Shown one piece after another: positions 17,026 through 28,773 of a stretch of DNA of 64,000 nucleotides (positions within the stretch are counted from its first letter, which is position 1; each line of letters opens with the position of its first letter). The notes under the pieces were generated by a model. The model did no database searches. It was not told the DNA's origin and worked only from the letters and a program-made list of their open reading frames with translations. Location of the stretch: assembly GCF_009914755.1 (NCBI RefSeq), contig NC_060927.1; one strand, 5' to 3'. The stretch comes from the human T2T-CHM13v2.0 reference genome, Homo sapiens. The position numbers and the translations under genes were made by a program.

Positions 17026-18613
17026 ATATTCCTTAGTTTCTAGATCCATGTAGTCTACCTACTGGGGACAATAAAACATACAAAGGTCATTGGTTTTGAG
17101 CAAATACAGTATCCTGACGAGCAGTGCCCAAGATTGGCAGGTGTCAGTGGATCCCTCAATTATACCACCAAGAGATCATTCCAATGCTCTATCAGGACAG
17201 CAGCTTCCAAAGAAGGCTGCAGATGTAAGCTATTAGCAAGCACCATCCCCTGAAGCAGAGGAATGTGTGCAGCAGCCTAGTAAAAAGAATCTTGCAGGAC
17301 ACCAACAGCATCTGCTACAGGAAGATCAACCAGAATTTAAAATTAAGCTGTTTCATACTTCAGAACCCAAAAAGGCTAAGAATTCTACAGAATACAGGTA
17401 ATACAGGCAACAGAAACAAAAAATCATCAATAAGTTTAAATTTTCAAAAAGACTAGTAAGAAACAGCATTACAAAATAGAAAGATGTACTAGAGAGGGTG
17501 CTCGGATAAAGAAACATCCAAAAGTAATGAAGAACTTTTAGAAAATAGAAATGTAATAAAATAAAAAATTCAGTAGAGTGATTAAAAGATAAATCAAAGC
17601 TATCTCTCAAAAATAGAATTAAAATATTTTAAAAATTGAAAAATAGGAGAGAGAGAATAATAAGTTTAGAATATTCCAACATTTGACAGGAGTTCTAGAA
17701 ACAGAAGAAATGGGGGAAAGAAAATCATCAGTTAAATTATTCAAGAAAATTTCCCCATCAAGACATGCCTCCACAGACTAAGAAAATCGACTAAATGCTC
17801 ACACAATGAAAAGACCTGTTGCACACACATCATCACAAATATCCATAAGCAACCAGGATACAGAGTGTAGAAGTTTCCAGAAAGGGAAAAGTTGCATTCA
17901 AGAGAATTAGAATTGTATTAGAATTCTTAAGAGCACCATTAGATGATAAAATATGATGGGAAATTCCTTTCAAGTTCTGATGGAAGATTATTTTCAACCT
18001 AAAATTCCATATCTAGCTAAACTGTCAATCAAAGATGAGGGAAAAGTAAATGCTGTTTTCTTTGCATTCTTTATTGGAAAGCCGCTAAAGTATGTGTTCC
18101 AGCCAAAGAGGAAAAGACAAGATCCAGGCTATGGGACATTTAACAGAGGAAAACAAGTATGAATGTTAAGCCCAGGGTAACAGCTATGCAGAAGGCTCAA
18201 AGAGCAGTGTGTTTGCAATGGAGCAGAAGAATAAGGACTTCAACAGGAAAGATCTCAAGGGAAAAAAATAATTAATATGTTAACCAAAACACTTGATCAT
18301 GTGAGACAAAAATACTATGGGTATATGACCCATCTGATAGAGCAAATGGGAAATAGTAAGAATAGGTACAAAGAAAATTGTGCCACATAAAATTGAAATA
18401 AATAATTAACTCCAGGCAAAATAGATATACAAGAAAAGAATGGAATCATAATACATTGTAGCTATATGTGGGACTATTTGCACTATTATTATTATGACTA
18501 CTGTCTATTGATTTAACTAAAATTGAGAGGATATATAAACAAAGGCATTTAGAAGATCCAAATTTTCCTCTATCCTAAAAGCAAGTCAATTGATGAAGTC
18601 TAAAATGGATAAC

Positions 18614-18807
18614 CCAGGGACTCGGGGGGAAGGCTGGGAAGGGGTGAGGGATAAAAAACTACATATTGGGTGCAGTACACACTGCTTAGGTGATGGGTGC
18701 ACTAAAATCTCAGAAATCACCACTAAAGAACTTATCCATGTAACTAAAAGACCACCTGTACCCCAAAAACTATTGAAATAAAAATAAAAATTAAAAATTA
18801 AATAAAG
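18614..18807 (+). mobile_element. L1PB 3' end fragment with A-rich tail
   Basis: aaatcaccactaaagaacttatccatgtaac...aaaaactattgaaata; TSD-like taaaatgga(t/c)aa at 18601 and 18808. Confidence 0.85.
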
Positions 18808-19449
18808 TAAAATGGACAATCTCCCCCACCCCTCCCCACCCGCCCCCCCCAACACACAAAGGACTATCATTTAGAAAAATGGAGGCAATTCCAGAAAAGG
18901 CAGCTAACAGAGTTGATAGTGATTGTATCTGAGCATAGTGAGGGATGTATCAGAGAATTACTGACTTTTTATAAGCCTTCTCTATAAATATTATATTATG
19001 TACCAATAGGTATGCATTACCTTGATTAAAAATTTAAATATTAAATTAAGGAAATAATATATTGTGCAATAACAAAAATGTGTTTCACATTTCTAGCTTC
19101 TCTATATAGCTAAGACAGATAATTTTTGGCATGCTAAGAAGGAACACGTGAGGCAAGTGTTTAGCGAGTCGAAAAAGCAAAAGTAATACAAATGAGAAGC
19201 TGGAAACCTTGCTTTGACCCCATCATTACTTCCTATGCTTACAATAGCACAATCGTCATTTGTCTTATTTTTATATGCTTGGTTTGAAGTAGAATTAACT
19301 AAGTACTGTTTTATATATTTGTACATACATAAAGTATGTAGAACATAAAGTGCTTAGGACTGTATTTCTAACTTTACGAATCAAAATGCACAGAAGAATA
19401 TAAGAAGAATATCTGATAAATGACTTGAATCAATAATATACATTTTAAG

Positions 19450-19759
19450 GGCTGGGTGCGGTGGCTCATGCCTGTAACCCCTACATTTTGGAAGGCCCAG
19501 GCAGGTGGATCACTTGAGCCCAGAAGTCTGAGAGCAGCCTGCGCAACATGGAGAAACCCCATCTCTACAAAAAAAAAAAAAAAAAAAACAAAAGAAATTA
19601 GCTGGGCATGATGGCACATGCCTATGGTCCCAGCTCTTCAGGACACTGAGGTGAGAGAATCACCTGAGCCTGGGAGGTCGAGGCTGCAGTGAGCCATGAT
19701 CATGCCACTACACTCCAGCCTGAGAGATAGGGTGAAACCTTGTCTCAAAAGAAAAAAAG
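19450..19759 (+). mobile_element. AluJ
   Basis: Dimeric Alu with J-type features (gatcacttgagcccag, gcaacatgg, gaggctgcagtgagccatgat). Confidence 0.92.
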
Positions 19760-19779
19760 TATGATTTATGTTTTTAAAT

Positions 19780-20780
19780 GTAAAAACTCAGTAATAAGTA
19801 AACAGGCAATTCAATTTAAATATAATATATATAATATCATATATATTTAAAATATATTATTTTAAAATACATAAATATATTACATACTATATATATAATG
19901 TATATATGCAAAAGTTTTGAATGGTTACTTTACCAAAGAAGATATATACATGGCAAATAAACACATGAAAAAATGTTCATCACAGAATTAGTCATTTCAG
20001 AAGTGAAAATTAAAACCACAATGAGATACCACTACATACCCATTAGAATGGCTAAAATTTAAAAGATTGTCCATACCAAATGTTGGTAAGGAAGTTGAGG
20101 AACTAGAATCCCCATAAACTGCAAGTGAAAATTTTAAATGGTACAATCACTTTTCAAAAAAGTTCGGCAGTTTCTTAAAAATTTTAAAACATACCATATT
20201 TAAACCTCAAATAATATGATCTTGCCATTCTATTCCTATATATTTATCCAAGAAAAATTAAAGCATATGTCCATATAGAGACTTGTACATGAGTATTCTT
20301 GACAGCTTTATTCATCCTAGCCAAAAGCTAGAAAAAAATGCAAATCATCAATAAGTGAATGAATAAACAATTATGGTATGTCCATACAATGTAGTACTAC
20401 TCCTCAATAACAACTAATGAGCTTTAAAAAATAAGGAATGAACTACTGATACATGCAACAACACAACATAGATGAATCTCAAAATAATTGCACCAATTGA
20501 AAGAAGCAATACAAAAAAGAGTATACACTGTATGATAGCTTTTATATAAAATTCAAGAAAATGAAAACTCATTGATAGTGACAAAAAGATGGTGGTTTCT
20601 TAGGGAAAAGATATATGGTATGGGCAGGAAAGGTAATTAAAAGGAAGAATGGAGAAACTTTTGGGGGTAATGTCTATGTTCACTATCTTGATTGTGAGAA
20701 TGTTTTCTAAACTTATCAAATCATATGCTTTAAACACATGTAGGTTATTACAGTCTATTATAACTCACAGCACAGTTTTT
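19780..20780 (+). mobile_element. L1M (L1MC/MD-like) ORF2 end and 3' UTR, with AT-rich insert at 19820-19905
   Basis: ccaaagaagatatatacatggcaaataaacacatgaaaaaatgttc...aaaaccacaatgagataccactac. Confidence 0.8.
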
Positions 20781-20799
20781 TTTTCACCAAAACCAAAGT

Positions 20800-21436
20800 T
20801 ATTTTATTTTTAATTTTTTAACTTTTATTTTAAGTTCAGGGGTACAAGTGCAGGTTTCCTACATAGGTAAACTTGAATCATAGGGGTTTGTTGTACAGAT
20901 TATTTCATTTTCCAGGTATTAAGCCTAGTACCCATTAGTTATTTTTCCTGATCCTCTCCCTCCTCCCACCCTCTACCTTCTGAAAGGCCCCAGTGTATGT
21001 TGTTCCTCTTTATGTGTCCATGCGTTCTCATCCTTTAGCTCCCATTTATAAGTGAGAACATGTGGTATTTAGTTTTCTGTTCCTATGGTAGTTTGCTAAG
21101 GGTAATGGCCTCCAGCTCCACCCATGTCCCTGCAAAGGACATGATCTTGTTCTTTTTTATGGCTGCATAGTATTCCATGGTGTAGTTGTACCACATTTTC
21201 TCTATCCAGTCTGTCATTGATGGGCATTTAGGTTGATTGCATGTCTTTGCTACTGTGAATAGTGCTGCAATGAACAAACATGTGCATATATCTTTATAAT
21301 AGAATGATGTATATTCCTTTGGGTATATACCCAGTAATTGGATTTGCTGGGTCGAATGGTAGTTCTGTCTTTAGGTCTTTGAAGATGCCATGCTGTCTTC
21401 TACAATGGCTGAACTGATTTATACTCCCACCAACAC
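20800..21436 (-). mobile_element. L1PA13-15-like 3' fragment
   Basis: aagttcaggggtacaagtgcagg...aagcctagtacccattagttatttttcctgatcc; ORF MFIAALFTVAKTCNQPKCPS. Confidence 0.9.
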
Positions 21437-22549
21437 TCTTTAAAATAAACAAACATAAAAGGAAATTTTTAAAATAAGTATAGGAAATAAGTAACCCATA
21501 TCACTCAGATATAGTCATTAATTCATTCAGTCAACAACTACTGCATGGCTCGTATGTGCTAATCATTGTGCCGGATGCTGGCAGCAGAAATATTTCTACA
21601 ACATGACTTGCCTTCCCAAGGACTTCACAGATTTGTGAAATAACAGACACGCATCACTGGGTAAAGTAAGCTATGGTATTTGTTTCCGAGATGGTAATTA
21701 ATGCTCCTTGCATTTTTCTTTACATCAAAATATTAAATAAATATAATGAATGTTGCTAGGAATACCTATTAATATAAAGCACTCTTTCATGAGTAGCTGT
21801 TTCTCTGTTATTCTCACTGTATTAACCATATGCTCTTTGGGTAACGGTAATATCTTCCCTTTTCAACATTAGTGTATTAATACTCCAAAATCATTATAAC
21901 ACATCCACCATACTAATAATGCAGCCAGCTCTCAATTTTGATGGTGGATTCCAGAAATCTGGCTTTGGTCCTTGCACCCTTCAGCCACTTGCATTTAGGG
22001 GCATTTCATTGCTTGTTATCGCCTCTGTCAAGAGTGTTCAGTAGAAAAGAGGAGGCAAATCTCAAGCCCATGTAATATCCTGATGATGGTCATAAAATCT
22101 TAAAATTGGAAGTAATCTCCAGTGTTATCTATTTAAATTCCCACTCAGTGCTAGAATCTCCTCTATCCTATCCCCAACAGATATTTACACAAGCCAGATT
22201 CTGCTTGAGCACTTTGAATAATAACAGATCAAATTCCCAGTTACTCCACTAGTAAATGTTACAGTCTTTTCCATGTTTGCAGTTCAAATAGAAGCTCTGA
22301 GGGGTGGTTGGAAACAATATTTAAATTTGGCTAAGGAATAGCCATATGTATTATGTATTCTAGTTATTACATACACATACATAATGTTTATCAGGCAAAT
22401 GAAGATAAATTCTTCCAAAGTATTACGTTATAAATACCTCACCCCAATATTCCCTATGAGTCAGGCAGGAAGGATGGGAAGGAGGGAGGAAACTGTTAAA
22501 CTGAAGAATCAATCTATTAGTGTATTTACCATCATCGTCTGCCCAACCA

Positions 22550-22733
22550 GCATGTGAGGACACAGCAAGAATTTGGCCACCTGCAAGCCAGGAAGAGGGC
22601 TCTCACCAGAACTCAACCATACTGGCACCCCAATCTTGGATTTCCAACCTCCAGACCGTGAGAAAATAAATTTCTGTTGTTTGAACCACCCAGTCTATGG
22701 TATTTTGCGATGACAGCCTGGGCTGACTAACAC
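22550..22733 (+). mobile_element. MaLR LTR 3' part (MLT1A-like)
   Basis: gcaagccaggaagagggctctcaccagaac...aataaatttctgttgtttgaaccacccagtctatggtattttg...gactaacaca. Confidence 0.8.
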
Positions 22734-23014
22734 AGTCAGTCTTAAGAAGACTTTTTTGAAAGTCTATCAAAAAGTTTATCAGAGCTCAAAATACTTTATT
22801 GCCTACTTCAACTTAATGCCTACAATTTAAAAGATGTTGTGGATTCATTTCTGTTCAGACTACTTAATCTTATTTTTTTAAGAGACCAAACAGAATGTAG
22901 AAGAGGAAGGAAACCTACAAAGATGGTGACTGCCTGCCTGAATCCTGGACTTGGACTAAACAACATCATTTGACATAACTGATGCAAAGTTCCTCTTTCA
23001 TAAAATAAAAGGTT

Positions 23015-23133
23015 GCAAAGTATGCTGGTGTGCACCTGTAGTCCCAGTTACTTGAGAGGCTGAGGATGGAGGATCGCTTGATTCCAGGAGTTTAAGTCCA
23101 GCCTGAGCAACATAGACTCCTGTCTCAAAAAAT
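23015..23133 (+). mobile_element. Free Alu monomer (FLAM_A-like)
   Basis: Single arm cctgtagtcccagttacttgagaggctgagg...ccagcctgagcaacatag followed by an A tail. Confidence 0.8.
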
Positions 23134-24031
23134 AAAGGATTGAAATTTTAAATGATCCCCAAATATCCTCTCCATCTATAGAATTCTCCAAATCTTTTAA
23201 TTTAATATTGGAGGAAAAGGAACAGATATGTACTCAATTTGGTTGACTGTGTAAAGAACTTTGGAACAAGGTAAAAAGGGAACAATAACTGCCTCCTAAC
23301 CAAGAGCATTACAGAATTCTCCATAAGGAAACTGAATTTTTCCTGTTAAGGATTAAAGTATTCTCAAAGTAGATATTCTTACTGGAGCTCAAGTATGATA
23401 GAAAAAAATATAGCTGAGGCCTTTCAAATGTACTCTGTAATTTCCCCTTCTGTCTAAAAGCATTCATTCATTCAACATATACTAGGGACTGAGATGCAAA
23501 GACAAAGCAAAGTTGCCCCTGCCCCTTAGATTCAAAAACTAGGGAACACTATTTGACAGAGTTTTTCTAGTAATCTCAATAAACATGATCTCAATAAGCA
23601 TAATTAACTATAGGGCTTCATATCTTCATAAGCTATATAATGTCTCCATTTAATACAACAAAATGCGCACACCGAAGAGGCAGGATGTCATAGATTCAGG
23701 AAATTTTCATGTGAAAGACATTTCAGAGACTTTCTTCCCTGAAGCCTCTTCAAATGGCTTTGGGGACAGCAAGCTGCTCCCTTATTGGAGCTTGCACACG
23801 ATTTGATTCTCTTCCTTGCAACTGCATCTTCTTATGTTGTAATATCTATTTAAATATTTCTAGATATCAAGGGGCATCAGGCAGAGGAACCAAGCCTTAT
23901 TCATTTCCCAGGAACTTGCACCACATTTGATTAATAACTGATGCTCAATACTACATTTTGTGGACTTAGGATCATCTTAACTGAACTAGATAAACTGGAT
24001 GAGGAGGCTAAGGTTTGTAGCTACTTGTTCA

Positions 24032-24488
<457 letters not shown>

Positions 24489-25043
24489 GACCTAAAGAAA
24501 GAAATACCATTTGACCCAGCAATCCCATTACTAGGTATATACTCAAAGGAATATAAATCCATCTATTATAAAGACAGATGCACATGTTTGTTCATTGTAG
24601 CACTGTTCACAATAGCAAAGACATGGAATCAACCTAAATGCCCATCAATGATAGATTAGATAAAGAAAATATAGTACATATACACCATGAAATATTACGC
24701 AGCCATAAAAAGAACAAGATCATGTCCTTTGCAGGGACATGGATGGAGCTGGAGGCCATTATCCTTAGCAAACTAACACAGGAACAGAAAATCAAATATT
24801 GCATGTTCTCACTTATAAAAGATAGCCAAATGATGAGAACACATGGGCACATAGAGGGAAACAACATACACTGGGGCCTTTCGTAGGGTGGAGAGTGGGA
24901 GGAGGAAGAGGATCAGGAAAAATAACTAATGGGTACTAGGCTTAATACCTAGGTAATGAAATAATCTGTACAACAAACCCCATGACACAAGTTTACCTAT
25001 GTAACAAACCTGCACTTGTACCCCTGAACTTAAAATAAAAGTT
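24489..25043 (+). mobile_element. L1PA13-15-like 3' fragment
   Basis: gacctaaagaaagaaataccatttgacccagcaatccc...ctgcacttgtacccctgaacttaaaataaaagtt. Confidence 0.9.
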
Positions 25044-25074
25044 AAAGAAGTAAAATTTTAAAACAAGAGGAAAT

Positions 25075-25870
25075 CATGCAAAAAGAAAGAAAACTGATTT
25101 GAATAGACATTTCTCCAAAGACAAGAAAATATATAAAAGGCTAAGATACACAAGAAAAGATGTTCAACACCATTAGTCATCAAGGAAATGCAAATCAAAG
25201 CGACAATGAGATACAATTTGATACCCACTAGGAGAGATATAATCAGAAAGACAGACAATAAGGCTATAATCAGGAATATGGGCAGTAACCCATGTTGACA
25301 AGGATTTGGAGAAATGGAACCCTCATCCACTGCTGGTAGGAATGTAAATAGCACAGCCACTCTGGGAAACAATGGCAATTCCTTAGATAGTTAACATAGA
25401 GATACTGTATTTCATTCCTAGGATATACCCAAGAGAAATGAAAACATATGGCCACATAAAAACTGTACATGAACATTCAAAGTAGAATTATTCATAATAG
25501 CCAAACAGTGAAAACAGCTGAAGTGTCCATATATTCATGCAATGAAATATTATTCAGCAATAAAAATGTATGAAATACATGTAACAACAAGAGTGAGCCT
25601 TGTAAACATCATGGTAAGTGAAAGAATTCAGTCACAAAAGGCCACATATTATGTAATTCAATTTATGTGAAATATTCAGAACAGGAAAATTCATAGAGAT
25701 AGAAAGTAGTTTAATGGTTGCCAGGAACCAGGGGAAAGGGAGTGGCTGCTAATGGATATGAAATTTTATAAAATTGGTACAACTTTGCAAATATACTAAA
25801 ATCATTTAATGTGCTCTTCAAAAGCATGAATTTTGTGGTGAGTTACATCTCAATAAAAAGTACCATAAAG
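25075..25870 (+). mobile_element. L1M (L1MB-like) 3' fragment
   Basis: gaatagacatttctccaaag...ggaaatgcaaatcaaagcgacaatgagatac...catctcaataaa. Confidence 0.8.
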
Positions 25871-26014
25871 GAAAGAAATCTACATAAAACAGTCAAACTT
25901 ATACAAAACAAATGTCTTTAAAGAACAAGTTTTAAACAGTGCTATGTAGAACCTGGTATGAAGTGAAATGAAATATTAGTACCTAATATGTCCCATGAGG
26001 AAGATTGAAGGAAA

Positions 26015-26230
26015 CCAATGTTTATTTAGAGCCTAGTCTACACTCTGAATAAATGCATTTTCTGTATCTTCTCATTAATCTTTTGAGGAATCTATTACTC
26101 ATTTTACAGATAAGGAGACCAAATGTCAGAAAGGTTAAGTAATTTTCCCAAATCGCACAGTAATCTAAGACAGATCTGGGAATCTAGTTCAGATGCCTAA
26201 TTCCAAAGCATGTGTTCTTTCCACTCTTGC
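26015..26230 (-). mobile_element. MIR
   Basis: cattttacagataaggagacc...aaggttaagtaattttcccaa. Confidence 0.8.
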
Positions 26231-26829
26231 ACAATACTTCCTTAGAGATTTTTCCATAAAACTTGGTTTATTGCAATAACCAATAAACCGTGTTTATTTT
26301 ATTGCAATAACAATAATCCTTAGAAGGAAATTCCATGAAACTTGGTTCATTGCAAGTTCCTTCAGAAGTTGTGAAGTAAACTAGACAAACATCTTCAAAT
26401 GCCTATGCAAGTGCTTGACAAAACTGATAAGCCCAACATGCTTTTGTATTCATCCCACCTGCCTTCCTGACCACCTCCTTCATGACCACCAAAGTTGAGG
26501 AGAGCATTTTCCCAAAGCCCTTGCCTACACCTAGTGGACACTGTAACCCTGCAGCATTCAGGTTCATCATTACAGTCTCCAAAGCACTCAAAGCTACTTT
26601 GCATTCAGTAGGACTTCAATGCGTGATTGTGGTGATTGAATGAACAAACATGTTATCTCCCTTAAAATGCTCATTATACATAGGACACGTAAGATGAAGA
26701 CACAGTAATATTAACCATTTCAAAACCAGGTATACCCCAGGAAGCCTCTTTACAGGAGAGTAAACCTGTGGACAGACTTGGTAGATGTGAAGCTATTCCC
26801 CAATGCTTCTTACAGCAGGTTATAGACTG

Positions 26830-27115
26830 ATGGCAGTGCTATCTTCCACATAATGATACACTTATACTCCATAGTCCTCTTGGGTGGGGCCATATGACTT
26901 GCTTTGAATAGTGGGTTGAGAACCAAAGGGACAGATGTTTCTTCCAGGCCAAGTATAATTGCTGACTTCATGCACTTCTCTCTTTTCCACTGCACAGTGA
27001 CCAGCAACTGCTGAGATGGTAGCTGCTTCGTCAGGTACATGAGTCCTCAGTTGACCCACATGGATATATTGTTGTTTCTGTTTCTACAGCAAAACCTAGC
27101 CTTCCCTGACATCCA
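26830..27115 (+). mobile_element. MaLR LTR (MLT1I/J-like)
   Basis: ggtggggccatatgacttgctttg...gagatggtagctgcttc...acagcaaaacctagccttccctgac. Confidence 0.65.
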
Positions 27116-27523
27116 AATCTCCAAAGGACAAGTTGTATGTGAAAATGGTGAGCAGTACAATTTAACTAGAACATGCTAGGCCATGAGGAGCTAGAGGAGA
27201 TAAAATCAGAAAGAGAACTGGAGGTCAGATAATACAAACCCTTGAAATCCAGACTAGTCTAGAAGATATATTGCAGGAGGAAGGTACTACAGATGGAAAA
27301 AAACAATTAGGTTGGTAAGCCCAAAGAAATGTGTCAGGAAAGAAACAAAAAACAAAAAAATTCTCAGTTAATATCAGATATTGAGGCATGGATGATGTCT
27401 TCATTTTGAGATCCAAGCGACAGGGTTGAAAGTAGATAATGAGGTCAAAACAGAGAGGCCACTAGGCAGGAAATGCCATAACCAATCAGGAAGCTGCTTA
27501 AAGCCCATGGCTAGGAGGAAAGT

Positions 27524-28016
27524 TGTATTAGTTTTCTCTTGCTGCTATATCAAATTATTACAAGCTTGGTGGCTTAAAACAACATAAACATTATCTTACA
27601 GGGCTGTAAATTAGCAGTCTGACATGCATCTCACTGGCTAAAATGAAGGCATCAACAAAGCTGTATTTCTCAAGACTCTAGGGAGTAATCCATTTCCTTG
27701 CCTCTTCTAGTTTCTTAAGGCCACCTGCATTACTTGGCTCATGGAACCTTTTCTCCATCTTTAAAGTCAGCAAGGCGGAATCTCTCTGACCGTCTTCATT
27801 TTTGACAACTTCTTTGACTACAGCTAGGAATGGGGTGGAGTGGAAATATTTTGAAGGGATAATGGTGATGAGATTGTGTCCATCTGGAGAATCCCAGATA
27901 AACTCCCACTTTAAGACTTATAACTCAATCTCATCTGCAAAGGTAACATATGTATCAAGGGATCTAAGGGTTAGGATGTGGCCACCCTTAGGAGGCCATT
28001 ATTCTGCCTGCCATCA
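27524..28016 (-). mobile_element. MaLR LTR (MLT1D-like)
   Basis: tgtattagttttctc...ggtggcttaaaacaac...ggaggccattattctgcctgccatca. Confidence 0.85.
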
Positions 28017-28773
28017 TAGCCAAGCATTAGGAATGAGGAACACAGTCAAAATATCAAGAAACAAAAGTATGGTACTGGACAGGGGAATGCTCAGTTCTAA
28101 TGTATTCTGAACTACTGTGGGTCAGACCTGTGTACAATGGCTCTTGTCTTAAGGCCCGTAAAGGGCAAGTTCAGTGGTCTAAATGAGAAGTGATTCACTG
28201 GCCTGAACTCTGCCAGTAATGGGGAATGGAATATTATAGACAGCAGTGCCCATGGTGCCCTGAGACTGACTATTCCTTTGCCTCAATAAGTGCAAGCTGA
28301 ATGAATGAATTGATGAGTGAGATGTCAATCAAATAAACAGGACTGAACAACAGTCTGGATACAGAAGGCAGAAAAGGGGAAAGGATTTTTAGAAACTTTA
28401 ACAGTCAATGAAGCAGCTAGGAGAGGTACAAGGCTAGATACTAAAAAAAACATGGAAGAGCGAAGGATGGAATTTCTTAACTGAGTTCTGAAAGTGGCAC
28501 TTTTTTCAGAATTTAATTTATTTTACATAGATGAAGGGAATACACTGTCAAATAGATATAAGCTAGAGAAATGTAAAATAATTGTATGAATTATACACTT
28601 AGAAAAGGATCATCGGCCAGATGTTTTGCAGGAAACCAAAAACTAGACATAGGGAAACTAGACATAAAAAAGGATTGAGGGAACTTTTAATTAGGAGAGT
28701 AAGATCATTTTTAAATGCATTTTTATCTGTGAATAAATCTGAATGGATAAGACCATGTTTTAATTATGAAACA

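Larger units (their letters stand above)
14041..17320 (-). mobile_element. ERVL internal remnant (pol end) plus partial 5' LTR16 (17196-17320), split by an L1
   Basis: 17042-17140 reads on the minus strand as a degenerate ERVL integrase-like segment; 17210-17320 is homologous to 13925-14040. Confidence 0.65.
13270..19060 (+). mobile_element. HAL1/ancient L1M-like element, split by an ERVL provirus (pieces ~13270-13573 and ~17321-19060)
   Basis: ORF 17953-18162 GNSFQVLMEDYFQPKIPYLAKLSIKDEGK resembles the L1 ORF1p C-terminal motif (FQPRILYPAKLS); A-rich ORF1-like composition. Confidence 0.6.

Noticed and set aside
26395-26604. Possible processed pseudogene or small ORF in unique-looking sequence
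   Set aside because: No recognisable protein family, poly(A) or TSD; the overlapping short ORFs are consistent with chance
27305-27325. MADE1/miR-548-like start (ttaggttggt)
   Set aside because: The match ends after ~10 nt and there is no palindromic partner
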